Part shown: positions 12,424 to 24,879 of the stretch, in pieces
How the letters are laid out: each line of letters starts with the position of its first letter
How positions within the stretch are numbered: position 1 is the first letter of the stretch
From: Oikopleura dioica
Taxonomy: Eukaryota; Animalia; Chordata
Reading direction: 5' to 3'
Assembly (NCBI GenBank): GCA_907165135.1
Contig: OU015568.1
Span: 1,116,001-1,180,000 of the forward strand
Length of the DNA: 64,000 nt
Notes under the pieces: generated by a model
What the model was told of the DNA's origin: nothing
Databases searched by the model: none
Seen by the model: the letters and a program-made list of their open reading frames with translations, nothing else
Translations under genes and position numbers: made by a program

Positions 12424-14012
12424 ATGGCAGAAGGTAGAGACGGAAAATCGCGCCGCAGAAAGTCAAAGGCGGGGCATTCTAAGTCCCGCCGCCGCAGAAC
12501 TGTGGCCAAGGCTGTGGATCTTGAGGACAAGTTCGATGTCAAGAAACTCTTCCAGGAGAAGTCTGCCTTGAGTGAAATAACTTCCACTGAGCTTCAGAAT
12601 GCTAAGAAGGCTCTTTATCAGGTAGAAAACCGCTCAAATCCTTATTGATACCCTTAATTCAAGGCGGCCAAAACAGCTGTTCGCGCTCGCCGAGTCGATC
12701 CAGCCAAATCCACCGAAGCGGCCAAAAAACTCAATGCGAAGGCGAAAGAAATCAAAAATGCTGCTGATGGAATCTACAAGAACTCTAAAGCCAATAAGAA
12801 GGCAGCACTCAAGTTGAACAAGACGTTAAAAAAACACGCCTCAGGAACGCGGATTATCTTTGTTCTAAGAATCTAAAGTTGTTTTGACAAGATAAATGTA
12901 TTAAAATTTAGAGCATCAGATGCGGCTCGCGACGTGTTTGCACTACATACAGACAATCCACCTCATCAGATATTGATGGATCGGTCCTTTCTGGCGAAGC
13001 AGATGTCCCCGTTGATCCCGTTGAAGCATCTCAAGAGGCCGCAGAGGTGACCTTTTCCGACATCATTTTCTCTTCTCCAGTCCTGATTTTAGCTTTCAAA
13101 AACTGCTGCCGCAATTGCCGAGCAAACTGCAAAAGTCACCGCTGATCCAAACGAGGAATCCGTCACTGACGGCCCTGAACTCGCCAAGGAAGCATTCAAG
13201 ACTGCTAAAGCCAAGGCTCAAACCTCCATCAAGCGAGCAAAGGCTGGAGCGAACAACTATCTCAATCTCTTGGAAAAGAGCATCAATGATTTGAAAAACA
13301 ACGGCGAGAAGTCACTCAAGCAGCTTGCTAAAGCGACCAAGGACAAGAACGATGGAAGCTGCTTAACTTCTGTCAAGGAAGGATTCAACGAGCTGGCGGA
13401 TAAAGTTGAGGATGCGCTTGAAGATGCTGAGGAGGAAGCGAGGTGCAATCTTAAAAACTAAGGAACAGAATTCTTATCTCATGTTTCAGAAAGCTCCTCG
13501 GTGAAGCCAAGGAATCCCTCGAAGAAGCCACTAACGCCGGCCTCGATGTCATTTCCGACATAACCGGAGCTGCAGCTGAAGCAACTGGCGCCGACACCAC
13601 TGATGGCGGCGCTCTTTCTTCCTGCAAAGAAAAGATCAACGCTTGCAAAGAACAAGTGGAAGACAAACTCGAAGATGTTCAGGAAGCAATTGAATCCGTC
13701 GCCGAACACGCCGCTAACGCTGTCGATGAGCTTGGTGATCTTTTCGAAGAATCCGCGGACAAGGTCGCCGAGGCGGGAGAGCAAGCCCTCGCTGCAGTTG
13801 AGAATCAAATCCAAGCGGATGGAGGAGCCTGGTCTTCTCTCCAAGCGAGCTGCGCAAAATGCACCGCTGAGACTCGAGAAGCCATTGATGAGCTCGCTCA
13901 GGATGCTCAGGAGTTGGTCAAGGATATTGAATCTGAGGTCAAAGATGCGCTCAATCTCGATGATGATAATGAGGAGCCTGAAGCTGAAGCTGATCCTGCT
14001 GCTACTGCATAA
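12424..14012 (+). CDS. Low-complexity helical protein: Arg/Lys-rich N-terminus, Ala/Glu/Asp-rich LEA/apolipoprotein-like C-terminus
   Basis: Exons 12424-12621, 12665-~12860, 12911-13047, 13093-13440, 13490-14012 read with consistent composition. The junction near 12860-12910 is ambiguous, so this may be two genes. Confidence 0.55.
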
Positions 14013-14366
14013 TCGATACTCTCTCAATATATTTTTGATAAAAGAAATATTAAAAAATTACTTATAACAATTCTTCAAGGGTTTTATTAACATCGATTAT
14101 AATTAAGTTTCAACAATAAAGTAAATTTTTAAAGTAAAGAATGATTCTTATTAGGAAATGTACCTAATTTCGAATTTTTAAAAGCGAAGGATCGAAGAAA
14201 GAAATAAAACAAGGTTTTTTGAAAGTATTTTTATATTTTACTCTGGGCAGAGGCTGATAAAAAAAGTACAAAATAAAAATGTCAATGTGTAAAATTTTCA
14301 TTGTAAATGAAGTGAACGATTATTTTAAGTGATTGTGACTCTGACAGTTATTGATACAGTCTGTTT

Positions 14367-15551
14367 TTATTCGTCCATTTGATCATCAAGCTGCCAATTT
14401 GCCTTACTAAATCGTTGATCATCTTCTTGGTCGGATAGTATCTCCGGTTTTACTTCACCCTTACACTCCAACACATCGTCATCATCTTCCTTCACTTCTA
14501 TTTTCACAGATTCTTGCTCTGAAGATTCCGACTCTGAGAAAGTACTCATATTTGGCAGCTCGTGTTTTCCACTCTCCATCCTAGCCACTCGTCTCCGGAC
14601 TCTTTTAAATAGGTTTCGAACCATTTTTCAGAAGTAAAACTCTTCAACTAAGAAAAAAACCCGTTCCTGAACCACGACCAGACAACTTGTTCTTGAAGCC
14701 CAGTTTTGCTGCAGATACTAAGAACTGTATTTTTTGTAGGAAGGTTTTTCTCAGCGAATGATTCTTCCAAAAGATTCTTCATTTCATCAGTCATTGTTTC
14801 TCCCACTTTCTGAAATAAAAATGAGTCGTTATCTAAATCAAAAAAAATTCTTACAATTTTTGACGAGCTAGCTTTCCTGTCCTCAGGCGTCACCAATAGT
14901 TTGGGAGAAACAGCGACTGAGGTAGAAGAAGCGGGTCTTTCTTTTGAATCAGCTTCAATTTTCACGGCTTGCGCAGAAGTATCATTTTTGGATGTTTGAA
15001 GTGGGTTAATCTTCACGTCAGAATTCGAGTTTTCGATCACCAGGCGGCTTCGCCATTCGCCAGTTCTTCTCGAAGTCGAGCCATTTGATTGAACGATTGG
15101 TACCAAGTGAGTTACAGTACCTAGGACTTTTCTAGAGGGCATATGACATGAATCATTACTCACCAGATTTGGTTGGGTTTGGTGGTGAAACAATCGATTG
15201 ATTCAAGTCACTGACCTTACCATCTCGAATTTTGAAGGAAGGTTTCAAGGGCACGTTTTTAGAGAGTGTTTCAGAAAGAATCGGGACGAGTTCAGGGACT
15301 TTCTTTGCGTCTTTCTTCGGTGGAAACGCTTCGACGCCAGACCTTCGAATTTCCCAGCCGAAAAACCTGTCCCGAGGTCGACGAGCAGATGGAACATGAA
15401 TTTCGAATTTCATGAAGGTGTCTTCGCCGTCATAAAGCTTCAGCGCTTTCTGGAACTCTTTCTGCAGATTTTCAATAATTTTCTTTCGTTGTCTGTATCG
15501 CGCTTTTCTTTGAGCATTCTTCGTCCTTTTGTCTTCGCTTGTAGAGGCCAT
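14367..15551 (-). CDS. Divergent homeodomain-containing protein
   Basis: MTDEMKNLLEESFAEKNLPTKNTVLSICSKTGLQEQVVWSWFRN followed after an intron by VRRRVAR gives a homeodomain-like helix pattern. Basic N-terminus and acidic C-terminus. Middle splicing unresolved. Confidence 0.55.
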
Positions 15552-16033
15552 GATCTCTTTATTCCATCAGAAAAGCGTGTTTCCTTCCAAAGATTATTTA
15601 TCTGTCAGAAAATGAAAATCTGAACATGTCGAAGAAAACATTGCCCAATGGAACGATCGATCTAGAAAAGAGCGCGCTTTTAGTTTGACGAATCAGAAAC
15701 CCGGAATCGGTCAAAGATCCACGGAGGTCTTCATGCTCAAGATTTTAACGAATTTTGAACCTTCCGTCAAAAATGTGTTTCATTTATTTTACTTTTATTC
15801 TAAATAAGAGCAACCAGTTTTACTGATAATTTTTAAAGATCTGGACCCAATTATCTATTTTCACATAAACAATCCCTAAAGGCCGTAAAGTCCCAAAACC
15901 TCCAAATTTTTAATCGTCATTTTTTACAACCGGCAGCGTTGTGACTCAAGGTCATCAAATAAGGAGGTCTTTGTCCAAATTGCCGCTCATTTCAATTTTC
16001 AAATTTTCACCACTCGAGAAAATCAAAAAAAAA

Positions 16034-16917
16034 ATGTCCGTCGAAGGCAAAGCTGAAATCGGCGAAAAAGCACCAACTTGGACTTGCAAAGCCGTCGTTG
16101 ATGAAGAATTTGTTGATATTTCTTCAAGGTGCGTTTCATTTTTGGCGTTCTTTTGTAAGCGGATTTTTAGCGATTACAAGGACAAATGGTTGATTCTGTT
16201 CTTCTACCCGCTGGATTTCACCTTTGTCTGTCCAACCGAGATCATCGCCTTTTCCGAAGCGGCGAAATCCTTCCGCGAAATCAACTGCGAAGTGGTTGCT
16301 GCATCATGTGACTCGCAGTTCACCCATCTTGCCTGGATGAATCAACCGAAGAAGGAAGGGGGTCTTGGCGAAGGTAAAAGAATACTTTTTCCTTCTTTTT
16401 TGACTCATTTTGTAGTTGATATTCCCATCATTGCTGATACCAATCACGCTCTTTCAAAAGCATTTGGAGTTTTGAAGAAAGACGAAGGCATTCCATACAG
16501 AGGATTGTTCATCATCGACAACAACGTAAATCCTTATTCCGTGCTCGGCAACCTGTGTAGAACCCTGAGTCAGGATCCCTGACCCGGCTTTTATAAAAGC
16601 TCTTTCGGAACCCTTACTCAGGTTTCTATACGGGTTGCCGAGGCTTGAACTTGCTCGATGTTCGTAAAATGAACCGATTTTAGGACGTTATCAGGCAAAT
16701 TACGATCAATGATCTCCCGGTTGGAAGAAGCGTTGATGAAGTCAAACGACTCGTCAAGGGTTTGGTGTATTTAAGAAACAAGAAATCGAAAATTTAAGCC
16801 TTCCAATTTGTGGATAAGTTTGGGGAAGTCTGCCCAGAAAACTGGCAGCCAGACGCGAAAACAATCGTCCCGACTGTTGAAGGCTCCAAGAAATACTTCG
16901 AAGAAGTCAACAACTGA
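16034..16917 (+). CDS. PRDX: Typical 2-Cys peroxiredoxin (Prx1 subfamily)
   Basis: [14 protein letters not shown] (peroxidatic Cys), [30 protein letters not shown] (resolving Cys). Four GT-AG introns. Confidence 0.95.
16544..16642. repeat. Short palindromic MITE-like element (CTCGGCAACC TIR family)
   Basis: Arms CTCGGCAACCTGTGTAGAACCCTGAGT / ACTCAGGTTTCTATACGGGTTGCCGAG. Related copies at ~18054-18148, 41225-41289 and ~43117-43190, all intronic. Confidence 0.65.
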
Positions 16918-17537
16918 AACTTCCAGTCTGAAAGTCATGAGTTTTTTCTTTCAAATCTTTTCTACCGAATAAAAACACCTTCCAATCAACTGTTGGTTGC
17001 ATAACAATAAAACTGAAAAGCAATAAATCAAAACGACCTCGATTGACAGGTGATCGGATGAGACAAGATCGTTAATTTAGTTGGGTAAAACATATAGAAC
17101 AAAAACCATAAAATGGTTCTAGCGAACAACTTGAGTATGAAATTCGTGTTTAATAGAAAAAGTAAACGGAAATAAAGAGAAGAGCAAAATTTGAATATTC
17201 AGAATAATGGGTACGGTTCAAAATCATTATGCTGGTTCGGCAAACCTTCAAAAAGGCATACAGGGTCAATTGAGAGACAGCTAGAATTCCGTATCCATGA
17301 TCCTTGGCGCTCTTGTTCCGCATCTTTCCATCATGGCTTTCAATCATCTGGCTTTGACATAAATAACCCTAAAGGCCGTATAGTCCCAAAACCTCCAAAT
17401 TTATAATTGCCATTTTTACAACCGATAACGTTGTGACTCAAGGTCATCAAATAAGGAGGTCTTTGTCCAAATTGCCGCTCATTTCAATTTTTCATTTAAT
17501 TTCGAATTTTTACTACTCAAGAAAATCAAGATAGAAA

Positions 17538-18336
17538 ATGTTTGTCAAAGGCAAAGCTGAAATCGGCGAAAAGGCGCCAACTTGGACTTGCGAAGCCGTT
17601 GTTGATGAAGAACCTGTTGATATTTCTTCGAGGTGAGTTTTATTTTTGTCGTTCTATTATTGACGGATTTTTAAGCGATTACAAGGACAAATGGTTGATT
17701 TTGTTTTTCTACCCGCGTGATTTCTCCTTAGTCTGCTCACCAGAGATCATCGCTTTTTCGAAAGCAGCGAAATCCTTCCGGGAAATCAACTGCGAAGTCG
17801 TAGCTGCATCATGTAACTCGCAATTCGATCATCTTGTCTGGATGAAGAAACCGAAGAAGGAAGGGGCTCTTGGCAAAGGTAACAAATAAATTTTTCCGGA
17901 ATTTTTTTACTCTTTTTCAAGTTGATATTCCCATCATCGCTGATGGCAATCAAGATCTTTCAACAGCATTTGGAGTTTTGAAAAAAGGCGAAGATATTCC
18001 ATACAGAAGCTTGTTCATCATCGATAACAACGTAAATTCTACCATATTCATTGCTCGGCAACCTGTGTAGAAACCTGAGTTAAGGTACCTGACGCGGCTT
18101 CCATAGAGTTTTCAAAACCCTGACTCAGGTTTCTATACAGCTTGCCGAAATGTTATTCCGAATAACTTATTCGTTAAATGAACCGATTTTAGGACGTAAT
18201 CAGACATATAACCATCAACGATCTCCCGGGTGGACGAAGCATTGATGAAGTCAAACGACTAGTCAAGGGTTTGGAGTTTTTTAGAAGCATGAAATCAAAA
18301 ATTTAAGCCTTCCAAAACGATCGTCCCATCTGTTGA
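17538..18336 (+). pseudogene. PRDX: Tandem peroxiredoxin duplicate lacking the resolving-Cys segment (pseudogene or truncated variant)
   Basis: Same introns as copy 1. Active-site motif changed to FSLVCSPE. A ~53-nt deletion (equivalent to 16807-16859) removes VCP and frameshifts to NDRPIC*. Confidence 0.75.
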
Positions 18337-19300
18337 AGTCTCAAAGAAGTACTTCGAAGAAGTCAACAACTGAAGAAAAGCTCTGTCTTTAAAATCTTTT
18401 CTAGCGAATAAAACCCCTTTCAATCAACTGATGGTTGCATAACAATAAAATTGAAAAGCAATAAATCAAAACGACCTCGATTGACAGCTGATCGGACAAG
18501 ACAAGATCGTTAATTTGGTTGGGTAAAACATATGTAACAAGAACCATAAAATGGTTCTAGCGAACAACTTGAGTATGAGATTCGTGTGTTATAGAAAAAA
18601 TAAACGGAAGTAAAGAGAAGAACAAAGTTTGAATATTCAGAATGATGGGTACGGTTCAAAATTTCTTCATTCTTTTTTGAATAACTTTTTGATCTTCCTG
18701 ATTTATTAGCTCTTTCTGAATACTCATGTTTAATCGAATAAAGAGGGATGATCAAGATTTCACTCAGAAAATCTTATCGAGCTTACAGTCAATTAGATTT
18801 TCTGATTGACTGATTCTAGCGTAATAATGGCAGACAGGAATATCTCCAATTAACAGAAACTTCTAACGAGCTTTGTTCCAAAATAAAGTTTCAGCTAAAA
18901 TTTTTGAGTAAAAATATCACAAAATGAAAATTTTATAAATTCATAAGTTTTGGAAATTGCATTTTCTTTCTCGGGAAAAATACCGGTAGAAATTTATATG
19001 AATTGGAGATATTCCAATATGCCTCTATATTACGCCAGAATCTGCCAATTGGAAAAGTGCATCAAAATGACGCAAAAAGAGGAATTTCCTTCTTTCGAAG
19101 GATCTGGACGCGCGCGCTGATTCGCGGAGCCTCTCGTTCACTGAGTCACAGTGTTCCAATTTATCGAAAAATGAGAATACAGACACTTTTGTGGATTTAA
19201 CATTTTTACGAGTCGAGAGAAACTGTATATAAAAAACGAAACTTCTTGAACCAAGAAAAAAGAGAAAGAAGCTTTTTGGTATCCAGAAATTCCGAAAGAA

Positions 19301-21210
19301 ATGGAGAAAATTCTGCATGTTCTGTGTGCTTGCTTTGGCATGGCTGCTTGGCTTGGTAAGTCTCTCCTCGCTAGAAATGATTTTTGTGGCTCATTACGAA
19401 AAGTAACGTAGAATAAATACTTTCAAATTATCACAGGCAGGAAACTGCGCTATTATCATTTAAAATATCGACTTTGTTCTTTAATTTTTAGCTGTTATCA
19501 TTTAATAACTCTTCGACTTTTACTTAGACAACGATAACAGTCCAGTATCTATCCACTTTATGAATAAAAACCGCATAAATTTCGATTTTCGGGGAGTACA
19601 GTCATCTGTTAGGCCCTTATTCAAAGTTAAATCTTTCTATTTTTACTCAATACCTTTTAGCTGTCAATGGCTGCTGGATCGAGCTACCTCTTCTCGTCTC
19701 GGTCATGCCTGAAAGCTGGAATCTGGCCTCGCACATGTCGATTATCATCCAGTGCGCGAATATTGGCCCGCTTGTAATCACGCTTTTGGACATGTACTGC
19801 CCCAGCCGGTTAAAACTAAAGCCTCTTGTACGCCTTTACCGTCTTTTCTCCCTTTCACAAGCATTTTAGATTTATATTTTGCTGCTCATCGGCCTTTGCG
19901 CTCAATTCCTGATGTTTTTCTTCTGGAACGATACAGTTGAAATTAACGGAAGCAGCTATTCCGTCCCCTTTTTGTTCTTTTCTTTGCCGCTTCACTCGTT
20001 GACTGTACTTCCTCAGGTAATTCCTTACATTGTTGGTAGAAATCTATCCGTTTTTAAGTTTCTTTCATCCCCTTTATGATGAACCTGCAAGCTCGTTTTC
20101 TTCAATCCTATTTTCTCGGCGAAGGCCTCTCCGGCTTTCTCCCCGCAACAATCGGTATCATCCAGGGCGTCGGCAAAACTACCTGCAATGGGACAACTCC
20201 AGAATATCACGAACCGAACTTCGGCATCGGCACTTTTTGGATCATTATGAGCTCCTTGATGCTCGTTTCAACGATTTCTTTCGCGTCAATGAATGTCAAC
20301 TTTCAGAAGTACTTCGTGAAATATGAAGACTCTACTATTTCTGATTCAGTTGCTTCTTCAGGTAAGAATTAAGGCTCTTTCGTATGCTAAACATCAAAAA
20401 ATTTTCATTCAGAACTGACTGGCAATCGCGAAGAAGGCCCTCTGGACGAGCTCGATTCATTCGACGAAAAAACCGACGAGATCCCCGTCGTCGCGCCAAA
20501 CTCCTCTTCTACCGATTTGAAGAGCTACTACCTTCTGTATTTCATGCTTTTCATCTCGTGCTTCTTTTCGAACGGATTCCTCACCGCTATCGCAACTTAT
20601 GTCTCTATGCCTTACGGAAGCCAAGCGTATCACACCTCAGTAATTCTACAGACTTTGGCAAATCCGATTGCTTGTATTATCGCACTGTTTCGACCGCTAT
20701 CGAGTGAAAGGGGCATCATTTTGTCTGTTGGTATTTCTCTGGTAAGCATTACAGACAAGAGCTAGCCTCTGCAACATATATACAAATCTTAGCTCGGGCC
20801 CTTTACTTCTTTCTTCAGGTCCTCGCTGGATATCAACTCTTCCTCGCCCTTGGTTCACCCTGTCCTGTTTTTGGTAAGGCTTCGAAATCCTTATATTTCT
20901 TTGTAAAAAGCCGATTTTAGTGGATACGACACTCGGTTCAACGCTGATGATCCTCAGTAACACCCTTTACATGTTCTTCGTTACCTTGGCAAAAGTTTCG
21001 TTCGCTGATGTACTGAGAAACAAAGCGACTTCGAGGCATTTACTGTGGTACGGCTCCATAACGCAGGTACGGTTCTACAGAGATATCACCGACTAAAGCC
21101 TCTCTCTCTTTTAGATTGGGTCTTTCTGCGGCGCAGTAGTCTGCTACCCTCTCGTCAACAATTTGCAAATTTTCCAGCCTCGTTATGATTGCCAACCCTG
21201 CCCGGCATAA
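19301..21210 (+). CDS. SLC52A: Riboflavin transporter family (SLC52A), with an apparent 1-nt frameshift near 19980
   Basis: FGMAAWL|AVNGCWIELPLLV..MPESWNLAS, VDCTSS|VSFIPFM, YFLGEGLSGFLP motifs across multiple exons. Confidence 0.85.
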
Positions 21211-21468
21211 AATTCTGCAGAATTAAAGATGGGTTGTGTTTATTTTCTATTGTTCGTTCTGTGGCAGGTTTTCTGCCTGTATATCTAGAATTTTAGTCGA
21301 AATTTTGCAAAAAAATCGACAATTGTCAAGAAAAACTTTGATAACTTTAAATATTTCTGCTTTCCACCTCTTCTGCCTTCAATAATTTATTCTGCAAATA
21401 AAACTTTGCAAAAGTTTACCTTTCCTTCTGGCAATCTGTTACACAGATTGTAGAAACCTGTTTCAGCG

Positions 21469-23265
21469 TCATGAATTAGCGGCTTTGTGACGCCTCTTAG
21501 TTTATTTTCAAGCAAATGTTCACTATCAAAGATTGAAAGATGAAGCATTTTTCAGATAGAAATAATTTTCAGTGTTATAAATAAAATATTCAGTGTTGAG
21601 GATTGAATGTTATTTTGAAGAAATAATTTCAACATTTTTCAGGGCCTTAACCTCAGGCAGAGCAATTCCGACGTACAGTTCTGTGAAGTGCCTTTAATTT
21701 TTGCCAGCTTTCTAGCTTTAATCGGATAGCAAAATATCAGTCGTGGCTTTTCAGAGCTTTTAATCAAAATAATGACTTGTTGCTTCCTTGTTCCTAAGAG
21801 TAAATGCGAAACGAGAACCAAAAATGAGGAAGCGTAATGAATAATTACGCATCTAATGAAATTTCCCTTCGTGTCAATTCCGTACCAAAGAATAAAGACG
21901 ACAAGATGTTCAATTTGATGCATCACAAAATTAAGACGTCTCTAAAAGTCCAAAACAAATTTGGGAATTTAATTCTGAAAATCTTACCGTAGAAGGATTT
22001 TCATCATCAAAATCATAATACGTGAATTTTGAAAAAGAATAGCCAAGATTCTTTTCGCCTGCGAAGAAACCAAACAGAAAAAGTATAGTACCGTGAAGAA
22101 GGAAGACTTTGATCAGGGTTTTAAAAGTCTTAAATTTTGGAGTCTGAGTCTGAGCACGACTGAGCACATCAAGCTCAAAGTTCGCTCAGGCTCTGACTTT
22201 TCAAATCCTGACTATGATAAATAGAGTTCCACCAGGATGTTTTTCCAAGTTATCGAATGCCTTAGTTTGAATAATATCATAAAATTTGAAATGAATGTTT
22301 TCAATTGATGAGATGAAAGCTATTGCCATACAAAGTCGTATCAGCATTTGAAGGAAATACTGAAAGAAAAATGATTTTCTTACTGTCTGGGGTTATCCTA
22401 AGCCCTTAGCCTAACTGAGGTAGCTATGAGACTCGGGAGCCCCTGACCACCCTCTCTTCAGAAATCTTGACGAAATACTTACCAGAAAATATATTTGCAG
22501 AAGAGTCCCTGTAGAAAGCTGATTTGGGTGATCGTTTTTCTTTTTCTCTGTCACGACCCAGAGATATGTGATAAACGAAGTTCCGATACTAATAAGCGAC
22601 GCAATAAAATAACCGCCACTTTTAGGGCAAACAGTCTGGTTACTTTTCAAAAGGTAAAGACTAAACCATCCCCTACATTTGGAGAGAATAGTCAATTGAA
22701 GAAGAAGCTGAAATTTTTCGTTCATGATAACATGCTTGATTTCATTCCCAACCTGAGGGGCGGCTTCCAAAGTTCCTTCAAGAAATCGTATTTTGAACAG
22801 GTCTCTTTCCAAAAGCGGGTCTGGACTCAACCGATCTTTCCAACTCCTATAGAATAACATAACCGGTCCAAGAAGTAATATATGCATTATAAGAATCAAA
22901 GGCGATCTTTCTTGACGAGAAGTTAATTGCGACGTCTTGAAGATTATAAAGAACGCGATTGTCCAACCAGCAAGTAGAGTTATAATCAGAGTCAATATTC
23001 CCTGATCAAGGATAATCATAATTTTCAATTTCTACCATTATAGTAGTACTACAGTAGAATATCATAGAATTACTTCTGATTTTCTCCTTGCCCCAGTAAT
23101 AGTTCTCAGCAATTATGAAGGATACTCCGAGATACAAATCAGAACTTAATTTTTTTAATAAAAAAGGTAAAGACTGACATACCCGACGTCAAAAGAAAAA
23201 AGGACCATTTTCAACAACGGCGATATGTTCCTCGCATGTTCTCTTATCCTTGATAAAAAACTCAT
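21469..23265 (-). CDS. XKR: XK-related (XKR) multi-pass membrane protein / scramblase family
   Basis: FSFDVG|SDLYL near the N-terminus, MHILLLGPV, hallmark LEGTLEAAPQ|LLLQL. Exon ends approximate. Confidence 0.8.
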
Positions 23266-23849
23266 CACTCATTACTTGAATTTTGTCTATTCATATTTAT
23301 TCGAATGAGAAATGATGCTCATTTTTACGTTCATTTAATACCTATTAGTGTCCCCACCGCCGTAAATATTTTTATTGTTGAGTTTCTCCGCGAGATTCTC
23401 CTTGACTTATTCTCAGGTGCGATTTTTAATTAACTAATTAAAAAGTTATCTTGACCAGAAAAATTGCCAATTCGTCGAAAGCTCAAAAAGTGGGTTTGAT
23501 CGATTTCGGCGGATGAAACAGGACTTTGGGTAATTTTGAGCTTTTTGCTGATTACTTTTTGAGGATTGATTTTCAGTGATTTATGCGACGCTTCTTGATA
23601 TCTTCCTATCTTAATTGCGGTAGTTTTTTGAGAACAAAGAGGACTCATCTTTGGAAATTGTATTTTCATCTTCAACTCGACTCCTTCATATTCTGACCGT
23701 GTTAAAGAGCTTCCGGACAAACTACTAGGTAGTGCAAACAATGATCAGCATAGATTCTGTATTCAAAGCTTCGAAAAGTTCAAATATAAATTTCCCTAAT
23801 TGAAAAGCTCTCACAAAAATAGATTAGAAATTTATAAAAACATTTCAAT

Positions 23850-24305
23850 CAGGGCTGGCAAATTAGGGTCCTAACAGCCGCACTACCGAAAAATTGTTAG
23901 GGTTCTAACTCAAAATTAGTGCGAATTAGTGCGGCATCCCCGTCCTACCCGTCCTATTTTTTTTTCCTTGATATTTTTTCGTCTATTAGGACTGAATCGC
24001 CGCCCTAACCGTACTAATTAGGAGGCTCTTTTTCATCATCCAATCGGCGCGCGCTTCCCACCAGGCGCGGAGGACAAATTGGTGGAAGATTGCAAAAAGA
24101 ATGGAGCTGAATGGACGAGAAAAACGAATGACCCGCCATGATTGGCGGACCAATAAGCGCGCGCCTATTTTAGGACGATTTTAGTGCGGCTTTTTCCAAC
24201 TCGTACTACTCGCACTAAAAAGTTATAAAATGAGAGTTAGGGTTCTAACAATAGGGTTCTAACTCAAATTAGTGCGGCTGGCGGGACCCTAATTTGCCAG
24301 CCCTG
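23850..24305. mobile_element. hAT-type MITE (456 bp)
   Basis: 22-bp TIR CAGGGCTGGCAAATTAGGGTCC / GGACCCTAATTTGCCAGCCCTG. Perfect 8-bp TSD ATTTCAAT. Subterminal TAGGGTTCTAAC and TTAGTGCG repeats. Confidence 0.92.
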
Positions 24306-24879
24306 ATTTCAATATTCATTTTCATTTATTCTCAGCAGAAAAATAGATAATCTGATATCGCAATTAGCTAATTAAGAACTGCAATATGGTCAGGTAGAGG
24401 CCCCTCTACTAGAGGGTTCTTTAACGACCGACCAAGAAAACCAAGAAATGATGAAAGGGACATTTAGTAACTGACGAATAAGAACGCAGGAATGTTCGCT
24501 TTTTGAATATTTAGAATTTTGGAAGTTGAAAATCGGTGTTTAATTGACTTGTAAAATTCCGTTTTTACGAAAAAAAAATAATTTTCATAAAATAATTTCT
24601 AGATTCATAATTTCAGTACGAAAATGTATCGTATCTTATCACAATCAGTAGAACAAAAAGCCTTCTTTTCTTCTCGCCTTCTTTTTTTTTCTCAATCGAT
24701 TGCAAAAAGAGAGGCAGAGAGGGCCGCAAAGAGAGACGCAAGGGGCGCTTCTTGACTCTTTTTTTCTGCACTTGAGCTGCTTCGAGTTTGATTTTCCATT
24801 TTCTGAAAGAAAGAGAAAATTTACTGAAGAATAAGGACACTATTTTCGCGATTTTGCGTCGAGATAGTTGATTGAAATC

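Noticed and set aside
17150-18755. Minus-strand ORFs 17150-17347 and 18510-18755
   Set aside because: They are AT-rich duplicated 3' flanks of the peroxiredoxin unit, with no coherent gene model.
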